A program made the position numbers and the translations under genes. The notes beneath the pieces are model-generated. The model saw only the letters and a list, made by a program, of their open reading frames with translations. It was not told where the DNA came from and did no database searches. From NCBI RefSeq assembly GCF_000829315.1, contig NZ_AP013028.1, positions 180,001-212,000 of the forward strand: DNA of 32,000 bases, given 5' to 3'. Positions 19,735 through 28,239 of this stretch are shown here, in pieces. The stretch comes from Wolbachia endosymbiont of Cimex lectularius. Its GTDB lineage: Bacteria; Pseudomonadota; Alphaproteobacteria; Rickettsiales; Anaplasmataceae. Numbering within the stretch: position 1 is the first letter of the stretch; every line of letters begins with the position of its first letter.

Positions 19735-20526
19735 GTGATTCCTAAGATATTCGAGGGCTTTCATATTCATCATTACAAAGGAGTCTCTAGCACTAATAGG
19801 GAAGCATTGGACTTAATTGATAAAGGGATATCACATGAAACCGTTATTATTGCCGATAAGCAAACAGATGGTAGAGGGCGCACCGGAAAAAGCTGGGTTT
19901 CTCCAAAAGGCAATTTTTGTGCAAGTTTAATTACAGATCTCTTACATAATCGTTCTGGTATCATTCCAACGCTGGATTCCAGAGTCACGCGCTGGAATGA
20001 TAGAGAAAATCTAAGTGAGTTAACAGAATTGACTTTTGTTACTGCTGTTGCTGTTGGCAATACATTATCATTATTTACAGATGATAGTAACATTCAATAT
20101 AAATGGCCAAATGACGTTTTGGTAGATGGCAAGAAAATAAGTGGAATATTGCTTGAAAAAAAATCTAATTCAAGTGGGTTAGTTATAGGAATTGGAATTA
20201 ATATTGATCATGCGCCACTTTCAGGAGCAACATGCGTTAGCAGCTACGGCGAGTCTGTGTCTAACACAGATCTATTAAAAGAACTAATAACAAACTTTAA
20301 TAAACTAAGAAAACAGTGGTTATTTGACGGGTTTCATACTATAAGAGAAATGTGGCTGAAAAGAGCGTTCAAAATGAATGAACAAATCAGCGTAAAGTTA
20401 GCTGGCAAATTGCACGAGGGGATTTTTCTTGATATAGATAAAAGTGGTAGATTGGTATTGCAGCAAAAAGATGGAAGTTTAATTTATTCTGATGCAGGCG
20501 AGTTATTTGTTGATAGTGCATTATGA
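19735..20526 (+). CDS. birA: biotin--[acetyl-CoA-carboxylase] ligase
   Basis: DGRGRTGKSWVSPKGNFCASL, YKWPNDVLVDGKKISGILLE, VIGIGINI motifs. Confidence 0.93.
   Translation: MIPKIFEGFHIHHYKGVSSTNREALDLIDKGISHETVIIADKQTDGRGRTGKSWVSPKGNFCASLITDLLHNRSGIIPTLDSRVTRWNDRENLSELTELTFVTAVAVGNTLSLFTDDSNIQYKWPNDVLVDGKKISGILLEKKSNSSGLVIGIGINIDHAPLSGATCVSSYGESVSNTDLLKELITNFNKLRKQWLFDGFHTIREMWLKRAFKMNEQISVKLAGKLHEGIFLDIDKSGRLVLQQKDGSLIYSDAGELFVDSAL
19961..20000. repeat. palindromic element inside birA
   Basis: TCATTCCAACGCTGGATTCCAGAGTCACGCGCTGGAATGA; 12-bp arms with one mismatch; 17 bp shared with the intergenic repeats at 13682-13698 and 31534-31550. Confidence 0.75.
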
Positions 20527-20660
20527 ATACATATGTAATTTTCGCTTACCTTATCAGTTTTGCATTGATTGCTGGAGAACTGATTTTTACTATTTCTTGC
20601 TATATCAAAAGCAAAAAAATCTTAGAAAGCCTTAAAAATAATAATGAAGAAAAAACATAA
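20523..20660 (+). CDS. putative heme exporter protein D-like small membrane protein (CcmD-like)
   Basis: Hand translation: MNTYVIFAYLISFALIAGELIFTISCYIKSKKILESLKNNNEEKT*; ATGA overlap with birA, 17-nt overlap with ccmE; absent from the ORF track. Confidence 0.7.
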   Translation: MNTYVIFAYLISFALIAGELIFTISCYIKSKKILESLKNNNEEKT

Positions 20661-21042
20661 GCGGTTATTTATAGCTTCAGGAGCTTTCTTCTTTTTAAAT
20701 TGTATAGTTTTTCTCATCCTAACAACACTCAAAGAAAACATCTCATTTTTTTATACAGTAAGTGAAGCGGTAGTTTTACCAAACAATCAAAAGCCAATCC
20801 GTATCGGTGGTATGATTGTTGAGGATAGTGTGATACGCAACGAAAATGAGGTGGTTTTTCAAATGACAGATTTTAACAAGAGCATTGTGGTAAAATATCA
20901 GGGAATACTTCCACCAATGTTTTCAGAAAAAAGTGGTGTTGTTGTACAAGGTAAAATGCTAGGCAGTGGCGCCTTTTTAGCAGACACAGTGTTTGCAAAA
21001 CATGATGAAAATTATATGCCTCGAGAGCAAGTAATAAAATAG
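20644..21042 (+). CDS. ccmE: cytochrome c-type biogenesis protein CcmE
   Basis: N-terminal TM, IRIGGMIVEDSV, FQMTDFNKSIVVKYQGILPPMFSEKSGVVVQGKM, FLADTVFAKHDENYMP. Confidence 0.93.
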   Translation: MKKKHKRLFIASGAFFFLNCIVFLILTTLKENISFFYTVSEAVVLPNNQKPIRIGGMIVEDSVIRNENEVVFQMTDFNKSIVVKYQGILPPMFSEKSGVVVQGKMLGSGAFLADTVFAKHDENYMPREQVIK

Positions 21043-21050
21043 AGAATTTT

Positions 21051-21761
21051 TTATTTCGTACGTACGTAGCGAATAAATTTTCTCACATATTCATTTTTAG
21101 TATTTTTTATTTCTTGAACAGTTCCATGGGAGATGATGCTTCCCTCATATAATACTGCTATCTTATCAGCTATTTTAAATGCACTATGAATATCATGTGT
21201 AATTGTGATAATCGTAGGATTAAGGTCTTTAGACAGCTTCATTATTATCTCGTTTACTGTATCTGACATAATTGGGTCTAGTCCTGAGGTTGGCTCGTCC
21301 AATACAATAATTTCTGGGTTGTGTGCAATTGCCCTTGCAAGCGCTACCCTTTTTTTCATTCCACCTGATAGCTCTATCGGAAACATATCTGCTATGTTTT
21401 TCTCCAGCCCGACATCACTTAACTTTTCAATTGCGAGTTGCTTTGCCTCCTTTTTGTTGATATTGAAGCGCTTCGTGTAATTAAAAGATATGTTTTCCCA
21501 GACTGTAACATAGTCGAATAAGGCGGAATTCTGGAATAAAACTCCAAATTTATTTTTGCTTTTGCTATTTATTTTAATGGACCCTGAGTCCGGTGTCAGC
21601 AAGCCAATGATTGTTTTTGTTAATACAGATTTGCCACTTCCTGAGCCACCGAGTATGACTAGTGATTCTCCTTTGAATATATCAAAACTTATGTTGTTTA
21701 GTATCGTTTTATCATCAAAAGATAAGCTTAAGTTCGATATTGATATTATGAGACTATGCAT
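21051..21761 (-). CDS. mlaF: ABC transporter ATP-binding protein, MlaF-type
   Basis: Walker A GGSGSGKS, signature LSGGMKKRVALARA, Walker B IIVLDEPTSGLDP; next to a permease of MlaE type. Confidence 0.85.
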   Translation of the reverse strand: MHSLIISISNLSLSFDDKTILNNISFDIFKGESLVILGGSGSGKSVLTKTIIGLLTPDSGSIKINSKSKNKFGVLFQNSALFDYVTVWENISFNYTKRFNINKKEAKQLAIEKLSDVGLEKNIADMFPIELSGGMKKRVALARAIAHNPEIIVLDEPTSGLDPIMSDTVNEIIMKLSKDLNPTIITITHDIHSAFKIADKIAVLYEGSIISHGTVQEIKNTKNEYVRKFIRYVRTK

Positions 21762-22536
21762 GTATCAAAATAATCATGTAGTTTGCTAAAAAAATCAGTA
21801 TGAATGATAAAACAACAGTTGATGTTGTAGCAATGCCGACTCCTCGAGCACCTTCTCTGCAGTGGTAACCGTAATAACAGCTTGAGACGGAAATTATGAC
21901 GCCAAAAGCAGCTGCCTTTATTAGTCCAGTGATAAAATCGTTCATATTGAAGAATTGAGCTGTATATTTTATGTATATATTCACATTGTGGTTAAATTCA
22001 AAAACTGCAGTGATATATCCCCCAAATATTCCTATTAGATCTGCACATACTATAAGTATAGGGAATACTATAACTGACGCTAAAATCCTTGGTGCAATTA
22101 AGTATTTGAAAGGATTGATGTTCAAGGTTGTAAGTGCATCTATTTGTTCGGTGATGCGCATAGTACCAATTTCTGCCGCAATTGATGATCCAACTTTTCC
22201 TACCATTATTAAGCTGATTAAAACTGGCCCTAACTCTTTAATGATGGTGATCGTGACAAGCTTAGGTATTACTTGCTCTTGACTAATCAATGGACCACTC
22301 AAGCTGCTTTGCAAGACTATCACTGCTCCTATAGAAACCCCTGTAAGTCCAACAGTTGGCAAGGAAAGAAAGCCTATCTCTATAATTTGTCTTGCTATGT
22401 TGCTTAAATAGTATGGCGGTGTAAAGCAGTGGTATAGAGATTGAATAAAAAATATAAAGGCACTACCAAACCTCAACAAGAGGTTGATAAAGCACCTGCC
22501 GATTATTCTAATACCATTTATATCAAAAGAGTTCAC
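21754..22536 (-). CDS. mlaE: ABC transporter permease, MlaE-type
   Basis: GPVLISLIMVGKVGSSIAAEIGTMRITEQIDALTTLNINPFKYLIAPRI motif of the MlaE/YrbE family. Confidence 0.88.
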   Translation of the reverse strand: MNSFDINGIRIIGRCFINLLLRFGSAFIFFIQSLYHCFTPPYYLSNIARQIIEIGFLSLPTVGLTGVSIGAVIVLQSSLSGPLISQEQVIPKLVTITIIKELGPVLISLIMVGKVGSSIAAEIGTMRITEQIDALTTLNINPFKYLIAPRILASVIVFPILIVCADLIGIFGGYITAVFEFNHNVNIYIKYTAQFFNMNDFITGLIKAAAFGVIISVSSCYYGYHCREGARGVGIATTSTVVLSFILIFLANYMIILIHA

Positions 22537-22822
22537 TTTGCATTTGTCTCAGCTAAAAATCAGTTTTACTGAAAATTTTTGTTAACTTCATCGCAGAGTA
22601 TAGCTAAGATATGTCCTAAGTTCAATATGCTTTAGACTTTTCGCATAACAAATCAGTTTTGGCAGCGTATGTCATCCAACAGAAACAAAAAAAACCACTT
22701 GACAAATTCTTCCAATCCTTTTATCATGGTATTGAAGCTATTTGTTTAACTTCCCAATCTGTGCAGGTTAAAATGACAAGAAAACTTGTATTTGGCGTAC
22801 TATTGTTTAATTTTTCGCACTA

Positions 22823-23097
22823 TGTGCACTGCATGTCTTTTTAAAACTTCGGGTTTTTACCCATACAAGCTGAAACGCGCTTATAAGTCGTTTAAGACAT
22901 CACCCAACGTCGGATTTTAAAATAGAGAGTGGAATAACTAGCTACCTCGGGGTTTTATTGTCCTTTTCTTCTACTTGGTAAATTTCTTAAATATTATAGC
23001 TTAGACTAGTTGCGCTTAAAAGCAGCTAAATTGCAGCGTTTAAGGCATAAAAACGCCAATACTGAAAATAAATACTGACCGGAGTTTCTTTTGCCTT
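22823..23097. repeat. left arm of long inverted repeat (partner 31621-31893)
   Basis: TGTGCACTGCATGTCTTTTTAAAACTTCGGGTTTTTACCCATACAAGCTGAAACGCGCTTATAAG... is the near-perfect reverse complement of the sequence ending at 31893. Confidence 0.88.
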
Positions 23098-24923
23098 TTC
23101 CTCTATTTGATAAATTTCTTAAATATTTATTGCTAAAGCAATTTAAGAGTCCAAAAGGTATCGTCCCAGTGTTGGCTACTTGTGTTTTAGGCAAAATCTG
23201 TTACAACATTTAGCACACTGCCCTCGCAAACAACAGATGTATGCTTGACATTGGCATACAGTAAGCTTAACTCATTAGATATAAAAGTTAGTATATTTGT
23301 AAAGTGGAGATAAACCATTAATAGTAGCAGACTTTGCAAAGTACGGTAAAATGACAGTAGTAAGTTTATATGCGAGAGTTTTGTCGAAAAGGCAAGTACA
23401 AGAGGATACAATAGGTAGCCAACTTGCTGACTTGGAAAGTAGAATTGATAAGGATGGGTACGAGCTGCTAAATGAATATAAATTCATCGATAATGGTCAT
23501 AGCGGATCAAATTTAAAGCGTCCTGGTTTAAATAGTTTACGTGGTAAAGTAGCAAAAGGTAAAATTGGTAAAATTTACGTTCATTCGCCTGACCGTTTGT
23601 CACGTAAATATACAGATCTGAAATTCTTATTTAAAGAGTTCCAAAAAGCAGGAACAGAGGTAATCTTTTTAGATGATAGTCTAGAATCTGAACTACTAAA
23701 AGATATGCGAGGAATAACAGCAGAATACTCGTACGAGAAGATGAAAGAACGAAATCGCCGAGGGAAAATCCGTGCAGCGAGAGAAGGTCGTGTAAGTGTA
23801 ATGCTCCTTATGGTTACTGTTATGTAAGGCATATAGTGAGGGAAGAAACAAGGTTTGAAATTAATGAAGAGAAAGCGGAAATAGTGCGCAAACTGTTTGC
23901 GTGGGTAGGTCAGGAAAGAGTGACTTTCAGAGAAGCTGTACAACGACTGAAAAAGATGCGTATTATTACACCAAAGGGCAAAAGAGATTGGCATCCAAGT
24001 GCAATTAATAGAATCTTGAAGAATCCTGCATACAAAGGGCAAGCGGCATTTGGTAAAACCAAGGTAGGTCCAATAAAAAAAGAAGTAGCGTGGGAAATGC
24101 GCGAAAAAAGCTATTCCGTTTATCATAATGACCGAGAAAATTGGATTCATATAACAATACCAAGTATAATTGAAGAGGAATTATTTGATGCAGTACAAGA
24201 ACAACTGGCTGAGAATAGGAAAAGAGCGAGAGTACAGAAGGGTAAAGAAACGTCTTTGCTACAAGGATTGGCTGTATGTTGGCATTGTGGATATACCTAT
24301 CACGGTATAAAAAGTGGCAATATTAAAAGAAGCTACTATCGTTGTAGTGGTTCGAACCTTTATTATTGTGGTGAAACCAGAATATGTAGTAGTAAGCCAA
24401 TTCGTGCAGAAATATTGGAAACTCCTGTCTGGGAAGAAGTGAAAAGCTTATTAAAAGAGCCAGACAGAATTATAAAGGAGTACCAACATAGAATTTCAGA
24501 GCATAAAAAACCACTGGATAAAACGTTTGAAAAACAGAAAGGTAGATTAAATAGAGATATTGAAATGCTCATTGATGGCTATATCCCAAAACATAATCTT
24601 GAGGAGGAAGAAAGCGGATTAAATCAAAGTATTGAAGGGCTCACTTACTGTTATAATAAAGGATACATAGATGAGGAAGGGTTTAAGCTGAGAATGAAGG
24701 AGATAAAGCAAGATTTGGAGAAAGTTAAAAAGCAAAAGGAAAAGATGAAAGATCAGGAAGCAGTACAACGGGAGTTAGCTAGTATTGCAAATAGCTTAAA
24801 GAGGTTTTCCTCTAGTATTAAGCCAGAGCTTGACCAATTGCATTGGATAGACAGACGTAGTGTGATAAAGAAATTAGTTAAGAGAATTGAGGTTAGCCTT
24901 GATCGCATAACCATAGTATTTCG

Positions 24924-24994
24924 AATAAAAAAACTTGTCCAATCTTGCCCAAAATGGATAAAGTCAAAGTTTATAATATTGTCACGGGAGTTTA
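24924..24994. repeat. 71-bp direct repeat, copy 1
   Basis: AATAAAAAAACTTGTCCAATCTTGCCCAAAATGGATAAAGTCAAAGTTTATAATATTGTCACGGGAGTTTA. Confidence 0.9.
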
Positions 24995-25080
24995 GATGTC
25001 AGTACTGTGCACACAGGTTTAGAATTTGCTGTTGGTTATTAGTCTTTTACCTAAAAAATTTGATTTTAAGACATATTTCA

Positions 25081-25151
25081 AATAAAAAAACTTGTCCAAC
25101 CTTGCCTAAAATGGATAAAGTTAAAGTTTATAATATTGTCACGGGAGTTTA
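25081..25151. repeat. 71-bp direct repeat, copy 2
   Basis: Same sequence with about three substitutions, 157 bp downstream. Confidence 0.9.
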
Positions 25152-25184
25152 AGCAAGCTTTAACACAAAAATTGTATAGTTGGG

Positions 25185-25257
25185 TATAAACTTCATCGGC
25201 ACAATATCTGCATTATATTACTTTTGTATTGTGCTAATAAAATGCAGATAATGCAAC
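25185..25257. repeat. 73-bp direct repeat, copy A (contains the fic start region)
   Basis: TATAAACTTCATCGGCACAATATCTGCATTATATTACTTTTGTATTGTGCTAATAAAATGCAGATAATGCAAC. Confidence 0.92.
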
Positions 25258-25260
25258 GTT

Positions 25261-26067
25261 TGTAAGCTAGTGTTGAGCTTCCGCTCGCAATTTTTCCACA
25301 ATCGCCTGCACTTTTCTAACCAGGCAAAAGAGCGTTCAACAACCCATCTTTTTGGCAATACGACGAAAGTGTGTAACTCACTTCGCTTTATTACTTCAAC
25401 AGTCGCACCAATGATAGCTTTTATTTGTGTTGCAAAATTTTCTCCTGTGTAGCCAGCATCAACCAGTATGTTTTTAACTTCAGAGAGGTTTGCTTTAGCA
25501 TTTTCGACCATTTTCACAGCACTGCTACGGTCAGTTGCTTCTGCCGTTGTTACATAAATTGCATGTGGCAAACCTTGTGTATCAACTGCAATATGGCGCT
25601 TTATCCCTGAAATCTTTTTACCTGCATCATAGCCTTTTTTTTTCAGCAGTATCTGCGTTTTTAACGCTTTGAGAATCAATTATACAAAAGCTAGTTTTCT
25701 CTTTCCGACCATTGCTGATACGGACCTCTCCAACTAATTTTTTTTAAGACTAATTCCAACAAGCTTGGCTCTTCTCCATTCTTTTTACTCCACACTCGAA
25801 AATAGTAATATACGCTTTCCCATCTTGGAAAACCCTTTGGTAACATCCTCCACTGACAACCACTTTTTAAGACGTACAACACCCCACAAAATACGTCATA
25901 CAAATCAAGTTTTCTTGGTTTTGTTTTCTGCTTGCTACTCTCCAAAATTGGCCTGATTTTTTCAAACTGCTCTTGACTTATATTACTTGGATAACTTTTC
26001 TGCATAGACACCTCATTATTAATCTATGCTTACTTTACCTCACATTTCCAAGATTTTAAACAGGTTC
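25261..26067 (-). mobile_element. IS5-family element (ISWpi1-like), copy 4, truncated at the end corresponding to transposase 3'
   Basis: Matches copy 2 from its position 9443 onward; about 54 bp and one TIR missing; right TIR ends at 26067 followed by TAA. Confidence 0.92.
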
Positions 26068-26126
26068 TAAAGCAACTCTGGTTTCTTCGATTAATGCTTC
26101 GGTTAGTTTGAGATCAAATCTTCATA

Positions 26127-27191
26127 TTACTTGCTAAGCTTGTATTTTCTTCCTCTGTTGGAAAAGTCTACAATCTCAATAAATCCCATTTCTACCCACT
26201 TTTTACAAAGTTACGCACTGGTACGAGGTTTAAAATTAAATAATTTGCCTATTTGACTAGCTGTGATAGTGGAAAATTCCCCGAAGAGTTCAAGAGCCCT
26301 ACGCTGTTTAGGGTCAAGTTTACGTATGAGATCAGCCTGGTCAGTTCTGTGCCCTTCTTCATTTATACGCTGCAACACATTCTCAAATGAATTTGCCATT
26401 CCTTCTATAAAATAATCCACCCTCTTAGTGATGTCTGCTTCAGTTTGTCCCATATAGTAGTTATGCGATGGACCTATACTGATTGCTTCGTAATACGTCC
26501 CAAGATTTTTAGCGTAATATTCTTCCAATGAGTAAAGTCCCTTTAGGTCATATCCACCAAGGTGTAAAATTAATGTAGTCAGCAATCTCGCAGTACGACC
26601 ATTACCATCATAGTAAGGGTGAATTGTTACAAATTGATAATGCACGATACCTGCAATAATTGGGCAAGGCACTTGTTCGCTGTCACGAATCCAATCTACC
26701 ATACTGCTCATGAGCTTTGGCACATCCTTTGCTTCTGGTGACATATAAATTATTGCACGTGTGCGACTGTCACGAATAACGTTTTGACCATCTTGATAAG
26801 GGGTTGGTTTCACCTTAGATTTTCCACCTGCCATTACTAGGGCATGTAGTGTTTGAATAGTTTTTTCAGTAATAGGTATTCCCCTTGCTGCCCATTGTTC
26901 AATTTGAGTTAAAGCTGCATAATATCCTTTAACCTCATTTTCATCTCTCTGATACTTTTGGAAGTGACCTTTATGTTTTAAAATCTCTTCAATCTGTTTA
27001 GGCTCAAGTCGGTTTCCTTCAATCATAGTGGAATAGTGTGTGGTATAGAGCCGTGCAGTTTCACGAAGAGACGAAAGCATTGATACAGTGAGTGGCAAAT
27101 GCAACACTTTTTCTTTTGCTGCTTCGATTCTCATAAGATAGCTAGCAATTTTGGAGGTAATTGCATAGTTTGTTATAAACTTCATCGGCAC
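26127..27191 (-). pseudogene. Fic-domain protein with in-frame TAA removing the last 27 residues
   Basis: ORF 26211-27191 has the Fic core HPYYDGNGRTARLL and N-terminal inhibitory-type motif STMIEGN. After the TAA at 26211-26213 the same frame continues LCKKWVEMGFIEIVDFSNRGRKYKLSK* to 26127. Confidence 0.85.
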
Positions 27192-27246
27192 AATATCTGC
27201 ATTATATTACTTTTGTATTGTGCTGATAAAATGCAGATAATGCAAC
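27174..27246. repeat. 73-bp direct repeat, copy B
   Basis: Matches 25185-25257 with one substitution. Confidence 0.92.
27201..27229 (-). promoter_or_regulatory. candidate promoter for fic (-35 TTATCA, 17-bp spacer, -10 TATAAT)
   Basis: Minus strand reads TTATCA-N17-TATAAT directly upstream of the GTG start; overlaps the inverted repeat CACAATA...TATTGTG. Confidence 0.4.
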
Positions 27247-27360
27247 ATACAATGCAACTTCTTCAGTTATGGATCTAGCAATCACAGACTTGAATTCTAT
27301 AATATTTCGTGTCACATTACTTAGGGATACTGCACCTAAGAAATTTTAATAGCTACACAC

Positions 27361-28239
27361 ATGTTAATCAGAATAGGTACCAGAGGAAGCAGCCTTGCGA
27401 TTGCTCAAGCTTTAGAGGCAAAACAAAAGTTGCTGGACTCTTTTCCTGGTTTATCTTCTGAGATCATTGAAATAAAAACTTCTGGTGACAAGTATACCAA
27501 TGCAAACCTCGCCGAAATAGGAGGTAAAGGACTGTTCCTCAAAGAAATTGAGACTGAATTGCTTGAGAATAATATAGACATGGCAGTTCATTCGCTAAAG
27601 GATGTCCCTGCATTTTTCTCGAAAGATTTAGCAATTCCTTGTGTTTTAGAGAGGTTAAGTCCATGTGATACATTTATTTCTAATAAATATAACAGCCTTG
27701 AGGCTTTGCCGCAGCGAGCATTGATTGCAACTTCCTCAATAAGAAGAAAAGTTCAGCTACTAAATTTCAGACCAGATCTAAATATAGTGCCACTTCGTGG
27801 AAATGTGACAACTAGATTGCAAAATCATAGTTTTGATGGAATAATTCTAGCTGAAGCAGGGCTCATAAGGTTAAAAAAGCATCACTTAGTTACAGAGGTA
27901 TTACCACCAAAAATCATGTTAAGTGCAGTAGGGCAGGGGGTAATTTGCATTCAATGTCGAAAAAATGATGTAAAAATTATCAATCTTTTAGAGAAAATTA
28001 ATAATAATATGTCTTTTATAATGGCAAAGTCGGAACGTAGCTTCATGAAGACAGTAAATGGTTCATGCTTTACACCACTTGCAGCTTTGGCGGAATATGT
28101 GAGTGAAAATATGCTACATCTTCGTTGTATGTTAGCAGACGAAGAAAACATATACTTTACTGAGCGCACTTCATTTGCAGAAGATGCAGAAAAAATGGGT
28201 ATGGATGCAGGATTAGAGTTGAAATCAAAATGCTTATAA
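27361..28239 (+). CDS. hemC: hydroxymethylbilane synthase
   Basis: IRIGTRGSSLAIAQA, AVHSLKDVPAF, RRKVQLLNFRPDLNIVPLRGNVTTR. Confidence 0.97.
   Translation: MLIRIGTRGSSLAIAQALEAKQKLLDSFPGLSSEIIEIKTSGDKYTNANLAEIGGKGLFLKEIETELLENNIDMAVHSLKDVPAFFSKDLAIPCVLERLSPCDTFISNKYNSLEALPQRALIATSSIRRKVQLLNFRPDLNIVPLRGNVTTRLQNHSFDGIILAEAGLIRLKKHHLVTEVLPPKIMLSAVGQGVICIQCRKNDVKIINLLEKINNNMSFIMAKSERSFMKTVNGSCFTPLAALAEYVSENMLHLRCMLADEENIYFTERTSFAEDAEKMGMDAGLELKSKCL

Larger units (their letters stand above)
23351..25152 (+). pseudogene. large serine recombinase (phage WO-type), frameshifted and with the catalytic Ser replaced
   Basis: ORF 23351-23827 (resolvase domain, YARVLSKRQVQEDTIGSQL) and ORF 23836-25152 (recombinase domain, zinc-ribbon CWHCGYTYHG...CSGSNLYYCG, coiled coil). 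Conserved NAPYGYCYVRHIVREETRF is readable only in the second frame. Confidence 0.88.

Noticed and set aside
22659-22844. 61-aa ORF as a real gene
   Set aside because: It runs into the long inverted repeat arm and has no recognisable similarity; likely a fragment or chance ORF.
23581-24150. 189-aa ORF on the minus strand
   Set aside because: Fully antisense to the well-supported serine recombinase; no recognisable features.
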